DNA of 64,000 nucleotides from positions 1 to 64,000 of the forward strand of contig MU058418.1 of assembly GCA_013265495.1 (NCBI GenBank). The letters run 5' to 3'. Positions 1-14,336 of the stretch are shown here, piece by piece. The DNA comes from Vicugna vicugna. Lineage: Eukaryota. The notes under the pieces were generated by a model. The model did not search any database and was not told the origin of the DNA. It saw only the letters and a program-made list of their open reading frames with translations. Each line of letters begins with the position of its first letter. Within the stretch, counting starts at the first letter, position 1. The position numbers and the translations under genes are program-made.

Positions 1-1035
1 CTCTAGTCCAGCCTCACCCACCAGAGGGCAGATACCAGAAATAAGGAAACAGTAATCCCAAAGCCTGTGGAAGGAATCCGCAAACACATAGATAGACGAT
101 ATGAAGCGGCAAGGGAATATCTCCCCAGCCAAGGCACAAGATAAAATCCCAGAAGAAGAAATAAGTGATGAGATAGGTAATTTTTCTGAGAAAGAGCTTA
201 AAGTAATGATGGCCAAGATGTTCAGAGAACTCAAGAAGAGTATAGATGCACAGAGTGAAGTTTTTAGCAAAGAGCTGGAAAATATAAAGAATACTCAAAC
301 AAAATTGAAGAATAAAATCACTGAAATGAACAATACACTAGAAGGAACCAAGAATAGACTAAATGAGGCAGAAGAATGGATCAGTGTGCTAGAAGGCAGA
401 TTAGTGGAAATCACTACTTCATAACAGAAAAAAGAAAAAAGAACAAAAAGGAATGAGGATGATTTAAGAGAACTCTGGGACAACATGAAGCTCTCTAATA
501 TTTGCATTATAAGGGTCCCAGAAAAAGGAGAGAGAGAGAAAGGACCTGAGAAAATTTTTGGAGAGATAATAACTGAAAATTTCCCCAACTTCGGAAAGGA
601 AAGAGTCACTCAAGCCCTGGAAGCACAGAGTACCACACAGAATCAACCCAAAGAGGAACACACCAAGGCACAGAGACATCAAACTGACAACCATTAAGGA
701 TAAGGAGAAAATATTAAAACTAGCAAGAGAAAAGCAAAGAATAATATAGACGGGAACTCCCATAAGGTTATTAGCTGATTTTTCAGCAGAAGCTTTACAG
801 GCCAGAGGGAGTAGCACAATATATTTAAAGGGATGCAAGGGGGAAACTTACAACCAAGAATACTCTATCCAGCAAGGCTCTTGTTCAGACTTGATGGAGG
901 AGTCAAAAGCTTCACAGATAAACAAAAGCTAAAAGACCACCAAACCAGCTTTACAACAAATGTTAAAGGGCCTTCTCTAGTCATCAAACCGTAAGAAAAG
1001 AGCACAAAACAAAGAAAGAGAAAAAAGAGAGAGAG
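1..1035 (+). mobile_element. LINE-1 fragment: end of 5'UTR, decayed ORF1 (about 101-980) and start of inter-ORF spacer
   Basis: ORFs 101-424 and 485-697 translate to L1 ORF1p-like sequence (KNKITEMNNTLEG..RLNEAEEWIS; NICIIRVPE..GPEKIFGEIITENFPN), broken by a stop at 422-424 and frameshifts. Confidence 0.92.
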
Positions 1036-1039
1036 ACCT

Positions 1040-1320
1040 ACAAAAGATTGTTTTGGCTATTCAGGGTCTTTTTGTGGTTCCTTATAAATTTTGGAATTGT
1101 TTGTTCTAGTTCTGTGAGGAATGTCACGAGTATTTTGATGGGGGTTGGGTTGGATCTGTGGATTGCTTTGGATAGTGTGGCCATTTTGATTGTGTTGATT
1201 CTTCCAATCCAAGAGCACAAGAAATCTTTCCATTTTTTTGTGTCATTTCAGTTTTCAGAGTATAGGTAACCTCCTTGGTTATGTTTATTTCTAGGAATTT
1301 TGTTGTTTTTGATGTAATGG
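1040..1320 (-). mobile_element. LINE-1 ORF2 fragment (region after RT), opposite orientation to the adjacent ORF1
   Basis: ORF 1038-1220 [29 protein letters not shown] matches the L1 ORF2p motif [27 protein letters not shown]. Confidence 0.9.
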
Positions 1321-1374
1321 AAATGTCTCTGCCAGTTATAAAATTCTGGTTTTTGAAGTGAAAAAAAAAAGTGA

Positions 1375-1430
1375 ATGAAGGGCTGCAAATGGCAAAATAG
1401 CTTTCTTTTTTATGGGTGAGTTGTATTCCA

Positions 1431-1468
<38 letters not shown>

Positions 1469-1619
1469 TGCATCTCCATTATCTATTCAACTATTGATGT
1501 GCACTTAGGATGCTTCCATATTTTGGCAATTATAAATAACATTGCTGTTAATAGCTGGGTGTATGTATCTTTTTGAGCTAATCCTTATTGTGTGGTTGGC
1601 TTTATTCCTTTGATAACTA
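1375..1619 (-). mobile_element. LINE-1 ORF2 C-terminal fragment containing a (CA)n tract at 1432-1465
   Basis: Antisense L1 text (gcaaatggcaaaat...tattcc...cacttaggatgcttccatattttggcaattataaataa). Confidence 0.75.
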
Positions 1620-1697
1620 NNNNNNNNNNNNNNNNNNNNNNNNNNNNNNNNNNNNNNNNNNNNNNNNNNNNNNNNNNNNNNNNNNNNNNNNNNNNNN
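1620..1697. other. Assembly gap (78 N)
   Basis: Run of N characters. Confidence 1.
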
Positions 1698-2235
1698 AAT
1701 GGTACAAAAAAAAAAAAAAAAAAGATCTATCAAGCCATGAAAGACATGGAAGAAATTTAAAAGACATATTACTAAATGAAAGAAGCCAGTCTGAAAAAGG
1801 CTACAAACTGTACGATTCTAACCAAATGACATTCTGGAAAAGGCACAGCTACAGAAACAATAAAAAGATCGTGGTTTCCAGGGGTTTGGAGAGAGGGAGG
1901 GAGGGAGGAATGAACAGATGGAGCACAAGGGATTTTTAGGGCAATGAAATTATTCTGTTTGATACTATAGTGCATGTCATTATGCACTTGTCAAAACTCA
2001 TAGAAAGTACAACATTAAGAGTGAATCCTAATTAAACTATGGACTTTGGCTGATAATAATGTGCCCATGTTGCTTCATTGATTGTACCAAATATGCCACA
2101 CTGATGAGGGGTGTTGAGAGTAGGGGAGTATATATGTGTGGGTGGGGAGGGCTATATGCGAACTCTGTACTTTCTGCTCAATTCTGTTGTGAAACTGAAA
2201 CTGCTCTAAAAGAATAAAGTCTATTAAAAAAAAAG
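1698..2235 (+). mobile_element. Old L1 3' end (L1MC-type)
   Basis: ctatcaagccatgaaaagacatgg...gaaagaagccagtctgaaaaaggctac...aataaagtctattaaaaaaaaa resembles the L1MC 3'UTR, with polyA signal and A tail. Confidence 0.8.
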
Positions 2236-5200
2236 AAAGCAAGCAAGAAAGAGAAGCCAGGGGCTAAAGTACACCTGACCTTCTTCATAACTTTGTCAAA
2301 AGGAGGCTGCACCAAACTGTCTTCCTGAGAAACAGACACCCCCATTTACTCTGCTCATCTCCCAGGTTCATGTGAGAGGCACTCAGGCATGTTTATCCTA
2401 CAATCCCACCAGCAAAGGAGTGGGTCCCAGGGAGGAGAAGGGTAAGGATGAGAACCGCTTGTGGAGCTTGAGCTGACCAGGGGGCTGAGGGAGGAGAGGG
2501 TCAGCAGGAGAACTGAGATGGATACCAGGAAGAGGACCGTGGGTGTGACCTAGAAGAGGAGGGGCCACACTGCACAGCTGCTCAGGCTCAGAGCTCCTCC
2601 TTATCTTCTGTAACTCACTTCAAGGTCACGACTGCTGTTCGAGACACGTAAACGAGGCAGAGGATATTTATCTTTCTTCCAGCAATTTCAGACACCCAGT
2701 CCTCCCCACAAACCTGTGACACTCAAGGACACTCACACTCAGGGAGAGCAGCGAGGCAGCTGGAAGGTCTTTTAGTCTGTCTGCTGCCCAGGCAGGATTT
2801 GCCCCTGGGCACACTGGCTGAGCATCTTAAGGTCTAGAACAATCTCAGAGCAGGAGACTGGGCACCTGACAGGACTTAAAGCTGGGGAGAGCTCACTCCA
2901 GCCACTCCCCTCTCAAGGGGTGTTCTCTCACCTCTTAAGCACTTTTCCTGAAAAGAAAAGGAGCTGAAGAGAGGCGTGCAGATCACCTGGGCTGTTGAAG
3001 CCAAGAGGAAAAGAGTTCCAGGCTCAAATGACAGCTATGCAGCTGTAAGCCCCAGGGTTCACCAAATATCCACTGACATGCAGACACACAAGAGAACGCT
3101 CAGTCCAAGTCACGTGAGGGGGAGAAGCTGTCGGCTGAAGCTGCAGGTTCTCAACAGCCCAGGCCCACCACACAGAGACGGGTGGAAGGTCCCTGGTGCC
3201 TGCTGACTCAGGGCCCTCAGGACACAGGCTGCCCACCACGCGTTCAGAATGGAGCCCGTTTGTGCTAAAGGAGAAGGGAGGAATGCTACTTTTGTTTACC
3301 ATAGAAGTCACCTGACCCAGGGAAAACAAGGTAACCTAAGTATTGTCCCACTAGAAGGGACCCTATATCGTTTAATACACACTCACCCTTTTATAAGTAG
3401 GGAAATTGAGACCCAGCAAGGGCAAGAGCTTTGTACAAGTTCACTGGTAAATTCTTGGCAGTGTTGAGTCTAGAATCCAGCTGACTCCCAGACCCACTCT
3501 CCTGCCATCCCTCTGCTGCCTCCCCAGAGAACGGGCGGCTTTCCTGATGGTTGCAGTTTTCTAAATACCCTAGTTTATCAGAGCTCACATTCACTTCCCT
3601 TATTTCCTCAGCCCCCAGGTGGGGCCAGATGGGGATCCCATCCAAGCTGCCCCAGCTCCAAGCTTGAAGACCAGTGGGAAGGGGGTTCTTGCCGAAGGCC
3701 CATGATGGACTGGAAGAGAAAAATTATAGGTTCATGAACTTATACCACCCCCTTGAAAACTCCATTTTCATGTTTAAAGGGAGAAATGAAAACTCTAACT
3801 GGACCTATAAGAGAACCCATGGGTGCTGGGCTGCACCCACTGGCCTGCAAGCCTGGTAGCTGCCCAACCTCCAGACCGAGGAAAGCACCCAGAGACAGAG
3901 ACAGAAACATCACCAGCTTATTGGATAGGGAATCTTACTCGTCCACAGCAGAAGATCCCAGAGCAACACCCCACCATAGACGGCAAGCAAAACATGGCAA
4001 CAACCTTTGCTCTTCAGAGGAGAAGGAGGCTACCATGTATAGGGGGAACTGATGTCAGAGTGGCTCATCAGATACTAGGGAAACCAGTGCCTGGGGCAGG
4101 GGACAAGCATGTAGGCAGTTACTGATTAAGCCCTACAATTAAGGGGATTGGTGAAGCAGGGACTGGTCGAAAAGGGGATGTACAGAGAGCAAGAGAACAG
4201 CCATCTTAAATGGCCTGACCATAACTAATTCAGCACACGCTAAGTCCAGCGTGGGCGTGAACAGGTGCGAAAGCAACTCTCAAGCCATGGTTGGTTCTGA
4301 GTCTGGAAGTTATGATCCCACCATAGAAAATATCAGTATCCTCTGATGGTTGGACACAAGTCGGGGCTGTACATCCCCACCCCAACAAGCTTACTGCCAA
4401 GTGGAGCTGTTGCAATAAAAGCAAGTCTCAGCTCACACCAAATCCCATCAAATGCAGGGAACTTTGTTAGAGAGCAAATTAATCCAAAAAACCTCCTTGG
4501 TGGTTCAGAAGATCTCTCTCTCTTTTCCTCTGCAACCATCCCCACCCCAAACGAAAAACAGCAGAAACATCCAAGCAAGAGGGCTTGCTGTCCTCAGCCC
4601 TGTCCTTAAAGGGTTGGCCCTCTTCAGGCACCCTCTCCCCACAGGGTGATGAGTCACAGGGCCCAGGGAACATGTCCACTCAAAGCTCACACCTCACCTT
4701 CTGGACTACTCTTTGGTACCCAGAATCCCAGAACTCCCTACCCAAGGGTCCTGAACTCATCTCCAAAGCCTGCATAGGCATCTCCTCAGGGTCTGAGCCC
4801 TAAGGATGGACTAGCCCATTGCTGTGCTGAGTGGACTTGTGAGCTGGGGTGTCTTTAACATGTGACATAGAGCTGGAGGTGGGCAGAAAAGGGGACGCAG
4901 TGGGGGAGGAGGGGCAGACGGAACTCGGAAGGGGTCCCAAGGATTCTATATTCAGACTGGGCATTTTGGGTCCCTCTGAAGATATATTTTTCAAGGCAAG
5001 AGGCTAGAACATATTCTATACTATAATTTCTAGGCTAGATTCACAGCTTTTATATATTTGGAAACAAGGTATTTGGGTCTCCATCTGCACTCTTGCACCA
5101 GTCTGTAAACCTCCGTTAGCAGCAAGCTTTTTTATTTTTTTCCCCTAGCACTGGGTGGACTTTTATTTTAAAGTCAAAGGCACAACCTGGATGCACTGAG

Positions 5201-7309
5201 GCAGTGACTGTGGTGCCCGGCCCAGACCCCCAAGGCCCCACCCAGCTAGGTGCCGCTGTGCCACAGGGGAGAGGAGGCAGGTTTTTTGAAGCCAACACAA
5301 AGACTGGGCTCCTGCGGTTAGATGGTGGGGGAAAGGGGTGGGTCATCTTATCCCTGGAGACACCACCCCAGTGGGCTCCAAGCTCCAGCCTTACACTGGG
5401 GGCAAAGTCATTGGGCTTGCTGATTGTCAACCCTTATTCACACAAGACAATGAGTCCTGTTAGATACTCCTAACCAGACACACACCGAATAATCTGCTGC
5501 TTCTGCTAAACCAAGAATCACTTCTAACACTTTTTATGTAAATCAAGTCCCCTAAATTGTTGACAGAGACTAGAAGTAACTTTCTTGTTTTACTCACTAA
5601 TTAACCCACCCTGAAGAGTTAAAACAGAGGAGGATTTACTTGCTCATGCACATATCACATTACTCATGCCAGAGGATTTAAAAAATAAATGACCACAAAT
5701 ACAACTAAACAGCCAGCCTCCTGGGCTCCCCTTCCTGTTTCTTAGCTTGACACATCTAGGATAGTGTTCTGGGTGGGCCGCAGCCCCCAGAGTAAGGGAT
5801 GGACTCGGACCCAGGAGCCCAGGACTAAGGGGCGCCCTGACTCTTCCTCCTGGAAGGGCCATGCCAACCCCAAGAGACGATTTATGTCACGGGATCAGGC
5901 AACAATTCTGACACTCAACAAGCCACATACCCCAGGCCTATGTCCAGGTTTGGGCTTCTAAAATATTTACTGTACAAGGCACATGCAATCTCTCTTTCCT
6001 CCCATGCCAGTGCTACACGTTAAGCAACTTTCCCTTATCTACACTTACAACACCTCAGAATTTTCTATTTGCATCCACTTAAGGACTTTCCATGAGCAGG
6101 CCCAGCTGGGAGCCACCACGTGCTGATTCCCCAGCTCTTTGCTGTGGTTTCTCTTCACATAAACTTGGGCTACTCTGATAATTGTTTTTCAGCATTCTCA
6201 GGAGTTGTGAGAAAGCAACATTGAGCCTAAAATGCAGAATCAGAACTGAAAGCTGTGACATTAAAAATCCCAGAGTTCTATCCAAAATTCTCTACAAAGT
6301 CAACTAGAACCCCAGGTAAATTAACTGGAAGAAAATTTTTATCATTTAGCAACAGACAGCAGCAGGTGCAAACCTTAGTCTATAGATATACAAATATTTA
6401 TTCTTCTGTAACTCAACTTAATTTCTATTTCAGCCCTCATTTCACCAGAGGAGTTAAAACTTGATCAGTTCAGGGTTATGTCTTTGTTCTAAAGCACTAA
6501 GAGCCATGTTGTGTATGTGTGTGTCTGTGTGTTTGGGCGTCTAGTCTCAGGTCATCTGTCCACACTGGCATCTGCTGAGACCATCACCATCTCACATGGC
6601 CTTGGTCACCCATCCTTGCGGATGGCAGCTGAGCTGCCCCTCGCTCCTATCCATGCAGCCTGTTCTGAGCCGGCTACTCTGTTCTGCCGGTCTCAGCAGC
6701 GTGGGGGCCATCCCTTCGCTCTCAGTCCATGCTGTGGCACGGGGAACTTCATGAGACTGTTTCTACAGTCCTGTCTGCCTAGAAATGCCCCAAATCCATT
6801 TCTTCAGTGTCTTGCCTCTTTTCTAGGGATCTACCCTGGAAGTAAGAAGCAGGGGCCCCTCCCTCCAGTCTCACAAACCAACTGGTGGGTTCTATCATCC
6901 GGTTCATTCCCATCCACCTGAAATACAGTCCTGCTGTCAAGAATCCCCTAATGACTGTACAGTTTTTACTTTCCCTCTGAGCTCCCCTCCTCCCCCAGAG
7001 TCCCCAGGGACTGGGGGTGAAGACCTTCAAGCAGGATATCATAACTTCTCCCAGATCTCTAGCGTATGTCACTCCTTCCTTCACACACAGGCTTAGACTT
7101 GAGAAACTCAAAGGCCAGAGAAACAGGGCCTCACATCTCTCTTATCTCTTGAGCATCCTTCACTGAGAAGATGAACACAGACTAATCTTGCTTGAAGGAG
7201 CAAGGAGATGAGAGGTGGGTGAGAGGGTGAAGAGATTTAAGAGGAGAAAGACTGTGTACTGTTTCATTATACCCAAGCGTAATACTGACAGAGTTTTAAA
7301 TATCTTTCC

Positions 7310-8030
7310 ATATAGCCTGTTGATAGAACCTCCTTTCTAAAATACAGATATGACTGTCTAACTACTCTGCTTCAAATCCTCCAGGGGTTCCACATTACCC
7401 ACAAAGGTAGACCAAGACCCTCGCCATCAGAGAAGTGAGGTGCTGGGATCACTGAGCGGTTCATCTGGGAGACCTACTATTTTGCACAAGAGGAGAAAGC
7501 AAATGTTCACGCGGACTATCCAACCACTAAAGCATCAGGTCCTGGGAATAAAACTAACAAGTTCCCTAACAGTCCCCAAACCTGGCTCTGACCTCTTCTC
7601 GTGCAAAACTTCTGACCTGATTTTAGAAGATCCCGTTTCATTTCTTAAATCAAATATCTTTATCCTTCATGCACTATGGCTGCTCTGAATCGACCGATAA
7701 GAAAAAGAATGACCTTAAAAAAATACCATCAGGGCAGTTTCAATGTGGGCTTTCTCTCCTGCCTCTCCCTGCCAGAACTTGGCTTCTTTTTTCCAAAACG
7801 TGGCTGGAGCATCTCCTTCAAGAAGTCTTCCTCCAAGTCTCTGACTCGATTCTAATCAGACTCTGACTCATGTGAGTAGCAGAGACCCTGTCTATTACAG
7901 TTGTACGTGCTGTTTTTCCTGTCTTCTTTCTTTGATTAGCCTGTACACTCTACTGGGCAAGCCCTGCACCCCCACATCTTTTGCAGCACCCCAACCACTT
8001 AGCACAATGGTCTGCACACAGAGGGAAATT
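7310..8030 (+). mobile_element. Highly diverged L2 3' fragments
   Basis: ctgcttcaaatcctccaggggttcc... and cacttagcacaatggtctgcacacag resemble the L2 3' consensus. Confidence 0.5.
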
Positions 8031-8213
8031 AATTTTTGCAGCTTGACATGTGGGTCCCCACTCCAGCTCCCGGGTAATCATTTATCAGCAAACAAATTAG
8101 TTATCAGTAAAACAGCCAAGGTTTCCAGACTGAATCATTTGTATTTCCACTGCTGGAAAAAATAACACACACCACTTTCCTTGCAGAGGGGAATTTCAAC
8201 AGAGAATATGAGA

Positions 8214-8380
8214 GGGGAGGGTATAGCTCAAAGTGGCAGAGCACATGACTAGCATGCACGAGGCCCTGAGTTCAATTCCCAGTACCTCCTCTATAAAGTA
8301 AATAAATAAACCTAAGTATCTCCCTCCCCCACAAAACAAAATAAGTAAATAAACCTAACTTTAAAAATAGCTATTAAAAA
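8214..8380 (+). mobile_element. tRNA-Ala-derived camelid SINE (Vic-1 type)
   Basis: Head ggggagggtatagctc..ggcagagc..gagttcaattcccagtacctcc with A/B-box-like motifs and A-rich tail; TSD aacagagaatatg (8198-8210) / aatagagaatgtg (8381-8393). Confidence 0.92.
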
Positions 8381-11300
8381 AATAGAGAATGTGGTCGTGA
8401 CCCCCAGGGGTAGATCTTGCCTGAGAGTATTGACACTTGTAACTCTCTGACCTGGAAAAATGAATCAGCTTTTATTTTGAATCATGTTTTCACCTAGGTT
8501 CCTTTAGCCTAAAGGCGTAAAAATCAGAGAAGGTAATCCCCATCCTACTGGCAACAACAAGTAAATATACATATAATTAGCAGCGCTAAATCCTGGGATC
8601 CAAGCACACTCCCACCCACCCCTGCAGCATCCAGGGTGGGCTCACAGATGGCTCAGAGGCTGTGCCTGCCTCCATCTGCCCCTGAAACAGCCCTACCCAG
8701 GTGCCATGCTGCTTCTCTCTTGCATCTCCTGCTGATGCCCAGAGCCTGCTTCTTCTGCCTGACTCGCCCCTCTAAGGCTGTGGGGAGCTCTCCCTTGATC
8801 CCCTACTCCTGGGTGGGCTGCTTCACGAGGGAGCTCAGCCCTGGGGAGCTTTTTGAGGAAGCATTCTTTCCCTACACCTCCTGTCTCCACCTCCCTCTTC
8901 CCCATCCTCCCCCCTCCCTCCATGATGCTGGCTGGTTCTTTACCTTCACCAGCTGCAGCCTAGCCAGGCACCAGTGGAGGAGGACCTCCATCTCTCCCTA
9001 CTACAGAGTTCAGACACCCGAGGTTTCGAGTCAGGCAGGCTATTTTTACATTTTGACTCCATCTCGACAATCACTTCTCTTCTCTGAACCTCACTGTTGT
9101 CATCTATGCAATAGAAGGAATAACATCTACCTATGGTGTTGTCGTGTGGAGGAAGCAGAAATGTCAATAATACTGATACCACCTAACAACCAAGGGATTT
9201 GCATGTGCCGGGTGTGCCGTGGTCACACGCTTTCCAGAAGCCCAGCATGACGACTGGCCCAGAGCAGGTGGTCAGCAGATTCTGTCCCCTCTTCTCCCTT
9301 CTTTTCTTCTCCTTCCTCTCTCCCTAAGTCTAACAGGACCTGAGGGCCCAGTTTCTGGTCCTGAATGGGGGCTTCGTCCTCTCTGCAGCATCTTTCCTTC
9401 TCCCACCAGCAGCGTGGGAGCCCCTAGACCCCTGGAGACTCTCCACACACTAGAAAAAGTAATCTCTTCCCCTTCCTGTCCAAGTCCCCTGCCCAACAGG
9501 GCAGCTCCATTTCTGTCCCCAGCCAGGTTTCCAAGCTCCATCCCCACGTGGGGCTGCCACATATGGTACTCTGTTCCTTCAGGGAACATAGTAGCCATTA
9601 GCTAGAGACAGGGTCAGCTCCACATTCTCCTGGACCAGAGAAGGTGCCCCTAAGAGCCCTTTCCTTCCACTATGGCACACAGGCAGGCCCTCTGTGCCAG
9701 CCATACTGCAGAACACTTGCTGGACCCAGAGAACCAAAGTCTGAGGGGAGCAATCTGCAGTGGAGCAGAAGGGTGGGAACCAGCTGGGCCCAACCTTCAT
9801 CCTGACCTGGAGATGCAGCTGAGAAAAAGGGGCCTGGGAGGAGAGGGGGCTGCACCCAGTGTCAGGGGAGGGGCTGAGCAGGACACCAGACTTCAAAGGG
9901 CCATCCTACCATGGAGTTTGAAGACCTCTGAGGAACCCCCAGTGGATTTTGCTCCCCTTTGCCCTGCTTCTGGTGTACATGCATTGTCTCAGCAAGGCTG
10001 CTGGACTTTCCCTCTTCCTCTATCCATTCTTGCTTCTGTGGAGGTCCTGCCTGACATCTGTGTGTTTACCCCTAAGCACCAAATCTCGTTTACGCCACCC
10101 TTCAGTAGTTATGGACACTTCAAATGTTACTGCTAAAATTCTGTTCCCTTCTCTCATCACCATCCCATTTCCTCTCACCCACTCCCAGTCTCTCCCAAAG
10201 GAAACCACAAGTTGGATATTCAAGCCGCCCTCATCAGCCCTTTCTCCAAGTTTCCCGGGCTGTGTGACTGCCGGTGATCTCCCATGAGGTCATAAATCCA
10301 AACATTTGAACTGCAGCAGACCACAGCGGCTGTGACTTCCACTTTCTCTCCCTCATCCTGGGCAGAGGCAGGCCTGCCTGGTTTCAGGGCACTTTCTTTC
10401 CTGCCTCTGTAGTAAGAAAGGGCCAGTTACGGCAGAGGTAAAGGACAGTCCTCACCTCCCTCTGGCCAGGAAGAGGTAGACAGCAGGCCTCACAACCCGG
10501 CAGGAGAGGAGACAAGACTGAATGTCTCCGGAAGCTATAAAGTCAGAGAAATAATACTGGCAAGCGGGCACCGGACTCTGAGCCCTGCGTCGGGTGAATT
10601 ATGTTCACTGAGTCTTCACAGCAATCCCGGGAGCGGGGGAGGTAAGTGCTGCTACTATTCCCCTGGCGACATGAGGCTCAGAACGGCTCCATAACTCCCC
10701 CACGGTCACACAGGCCAAAGGGGAGAGAAAATGACTTGATGCAGCTCCTTTTGTCATTAGGTAGGATGATCCCCAGGAACTGGACAAAAAAGGTGCTGGA
10801 CCCAGTTGGCATAATAAAATAACAGAGGTTTGCTGAACCAGCCCTAGAACTTCAAGAAAGAACACGGCTGTGGAAGACAGAGGCGGCTGCCCAGGGAAGA
10901 GATCTTGTAAGAGCTTGTCTGGTGTTGACTTATCGGCATGTTCTTGTGCTGGGTTAGGCCGACCTGGAATTCCCTTCTGCTACCCCAAATCTCCTGTAAA
11001 AGGCAGCCAGGCGGGCTAACACTGCCTACCATCACATTAATGAGCACAGGTAGGTGTTGCTTGGAGGATGAGAGGAGGGAGCAAGGTCTGGCCTGCAGGG
11101 AAGCCGTGGAGGACAGGCCGGCAGCCTCTACTCTGGAGACCGCATGGACCACTCAAGGGTTTGTTCTGAGCAGGACCTGGAGGCAGAGGGAGGCCATGGG
11201 AGTGCACCTGCCCTGGAATCCTCAGACACCCTGCAAGGAAGCAAGGGTCCCAGCGTAACTGGGGATGGAGGCTTAAGCCGTTTGATGAGGATATTATAGA

Positions 11301-12974
11301 AAAATGATTCCCAGAAAGCAGAAGGATTTGGGAACTCTCTGTTTCACGTCAGGCAATTCTAACAACCACCCGATGAGGTAAATAATTCACTTTCTCCTTT
11401 GCGTAGACAGATAAACCCAAGTTATTTAAGAGGTGGGACTCATCTGGAGCCAAAGCCGGAGCTCACAGGCTGTCCTTCTGCTCTGCACTGAGAGTTGCCC
11501 TCGCACGAAGAACTTCACCTTGCAGGCTCCGCCTGCTCCCACAGAGGCCTCGGGCAGGCAGGCGAAAGCCCTTCTTCAGGGTGAATCTCATACTCTGTCT
11601 TCCTCCCCACACCAGGGTAGCCTAAACCACTTCCCTTGAGCACTACAGCATTAGAAGTCCTGACTCTAAGTCAGACAGCCTAATTGTGCGACCCTGATAA
11701 ATAATAACATCTATTTTGTAGGGCTGGTGCCAGGAGTCAATGAAAACAAAAAGTACCTAGCATACAGTTAGCTTACAAAAAAAATTAATTGTATTACTAT
11801 AATGGTTTTGCCTCAGCACAGATTGTTTTCCTTAAATTCTGGACACATAGGGAAAAAACTCCAAATTAAGCCATAGTCTGCAACACATGGATATTAAAGT
11901 TATCACAAGAAAAGTATACGGATTTTGGAAGGGCTAGTATATCCTGATTGGTTATTTTCTCTATTGCTATCATTTCAATGTAGATTTCCATTAAGTAGTG
12001 TTCCCAAGAATTCTTATAACCTATTAATTAAATACTTTGATGGCCTCAAGGCAGAACTTCAGAAAGTTACCAACTGTAATTTAGCTATCTGCATATTTGC
12101 ACACTAACATTTCTTGGTATATTTTAAAATTCATAACATTTATTTCTAACAATAAGTCAACTTGTTTACTGTAGGACATTTTAAAATAAAAAGTATAAAA
12201 GAAGAAATAAAAATTGTATGCTTACCATCAGAGATATTATTAATAAATACTGACTTATTGCTATCTTGTCTGTTTAAAAATTTTACTTATCAAAATAAGT
12301 CCATTTTCACTGAATATTCAATAATGAAAATTATCCATATCATTATTCTTTTAAAACACAATGTTTATGCTAGTATAATAGTCTACAATAAATCTATAAC
12401 TTAATTTACATAACCATTTTCATATAGTTGTATATTTAGACTACTTATAATTATTCCCAATTTTAATGTGGACACTTTAATACATAAATCTGTATGTGCT
12501 TCTCTAGTTGGTTCCCATATTTCCTCAGGTCTCATAGCAACCTGTGAGTCAAATAAAATCAACCATTTTGCCCAAATTACAGCGGTACAGCTCTTCTGCC
12601 TTCCTTACCCACCCTCCTAGCATAAAGGAAAGAACTGGGCACTTGCTACAAAGTCTCTACCAGTTTTATTGTTCTTATTTATCTCACTTGATGTAGATAG
12701 TCATACATTTTGCTGAAGAAATAGGAATACATTTGATTATAGGATGTTGCCCCAGTATCACCTAGAGATATTATATAATATGTGGTATATGCATCATATG
12801 TCCTTACTAGAATTCAAAAATTTGACCTACAGGGTTTCCACAATAAAGTGATGATTTTTAATCCTGCTTCAATTAGAATCATCTGGTAAGCTTTAAAACA
12901 AAAACAAAAACCAACGCCCAGGCCCAGACCTAAATATTCCAATTCAATTATTTCTACAAGTTTTGTTTTTTTTT

Positions 12975-13137
12975 ACGATACACTTTTTATTTTGAAATAA
13001 TTATAGATTCATAGGAGGTTGCAATAGTTCAGAAAGATCCTGTGTCCTCTTAAGTTTCCCTTAGTGGTAATATCTTGTACAAATCCAGGACACGGACATT
13101 GCTACAATCCATGCATTTCACCAGTTTTACGTGTACT

Positions 13138-13184
<47 letters not shown>

Positions 13185-13310
13185 TTTTATGCAATTGTAT
13201 CACCTGTGTAGATTCATGTAACCACCACCACAATCAAGATACAGAACTGTTCGTCTTCAAAAAGATCCTTGTGCTACCCCACCTCCCTCCTTGCCTCATT
13301 CCTAACCTCT
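12975..13310 (-). mobile_element. Old L1 3' end with (TG)n microsatellite at 13140-13182
   Basis: tttattttgaaataattatagattcatagg...gattcatgtaaccaccaccacaatcaagatacagaac is an antisense L1M 3'UTR. Confidence 0.75.
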
Positions 13311-14336
13311 GATCCCACTTATTTTTGAGTCCCCAGGAGGTGCCTCAAACAAACCTCAGACATGTTTCCCCAGGCCAGCCTGCTTGGTGCCGGCACTTCC
13401 TACAGGCCCCCTGGAGGGAGCCCGCTGCCATCCCTTCTACCATCGCTGTCCCCAAGTCAATGCCCTACTGCTCAGGACGCTGCCTCCAGGACACCTCAAA
13501 GCCTACAGAACTTAGATATGTCAAATGGGGCAGCAATAGGATGGACAGAGATAGGATGAGCCCTAAGAAATGGAAAGACTGCCCACTCTCCAGCTCTGTG
13601 TCACACTCGGCCAGTTGTGTACTGGCCAGAGCAGGACAGTCTCTGCCAGAACCATACACCCTCACCCATTCTGACTGCTGCTCCCTTGTCTTTGCAGGTC
13701 AGTTCTAAGCCCCAGTGCTGGGCTGGTCAGGCACTGCCCTTGTCTCCACCTCTGTCCCATAGGGGACTCTGTTCAAAGCTAGCGTTCACATTGTCTGGGT
13801 AAGTAGATGCCTGAGGGGGTTCCCTGCACACAAGTTCATCAGATCCCACCGGGCTAAATTGCAGAGTCACAGTTTAGGCTTGGCTAGGAGCCCCACTCCT
13901 CTCACGATAAATCTGACAGTATTAAAAAGAGATGAAGCAGCCAACTCAAGCCCAGGGACTCTTTCACCAGTTGAATGAGATCCATAATCTCATTCCAAAT
14001 ATACAGGTTTTACTGAGTCTAGCTTTGGTCAAACATGTTTGATTGTCTAAAGAAGATAATTACCCTCCCTCTCATTGCCCTCCCATCTTATACAAGACGT
14101 GTTCATGGTAATTAGCTGTATACCTCAGTAGTTAAGTTACAGAAGAGCAACAGGGGAGCGTGACTAGCTAGGATAGGAATTAACATCGCCCAAAAATAGA
14201 TACAAGGACTCTAGAACCTCTTTGCGGGAGAGGGCAGCATGTTTTAGGTGGTAGAAGAGTAACTGCACCATGTTAGGCAAAAGCACAATGTTGCTATTGT
14301 CTTTATCTGGAAGTAGAACAGGAGTCAAAGAAGAGT

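Noticed and set aside
1..1619. A single twin-primed L1 made of the + ORF1 and - ORF2 pieces
   Set aside because: The two minus-strand pieces are out of L1 order, no TSD is visible and an assembly gap is adjacent; separate insertions or a local misassembly are more likely
8636..9250. Longest ORF in the track (204 aa)
   Set aside because: Non-ATG start, overlaps MIR-like sequence near 9040-9130, and has low-information Ser/Pro/Leu/Cys composition
11984..12107. Plus-strand exon-like segment FPLSSVPKNSYNLLIKYFDGLKAELQKV
   Set aside because: Acceptor is plausible but there is no convincing donor and no recognisable homology
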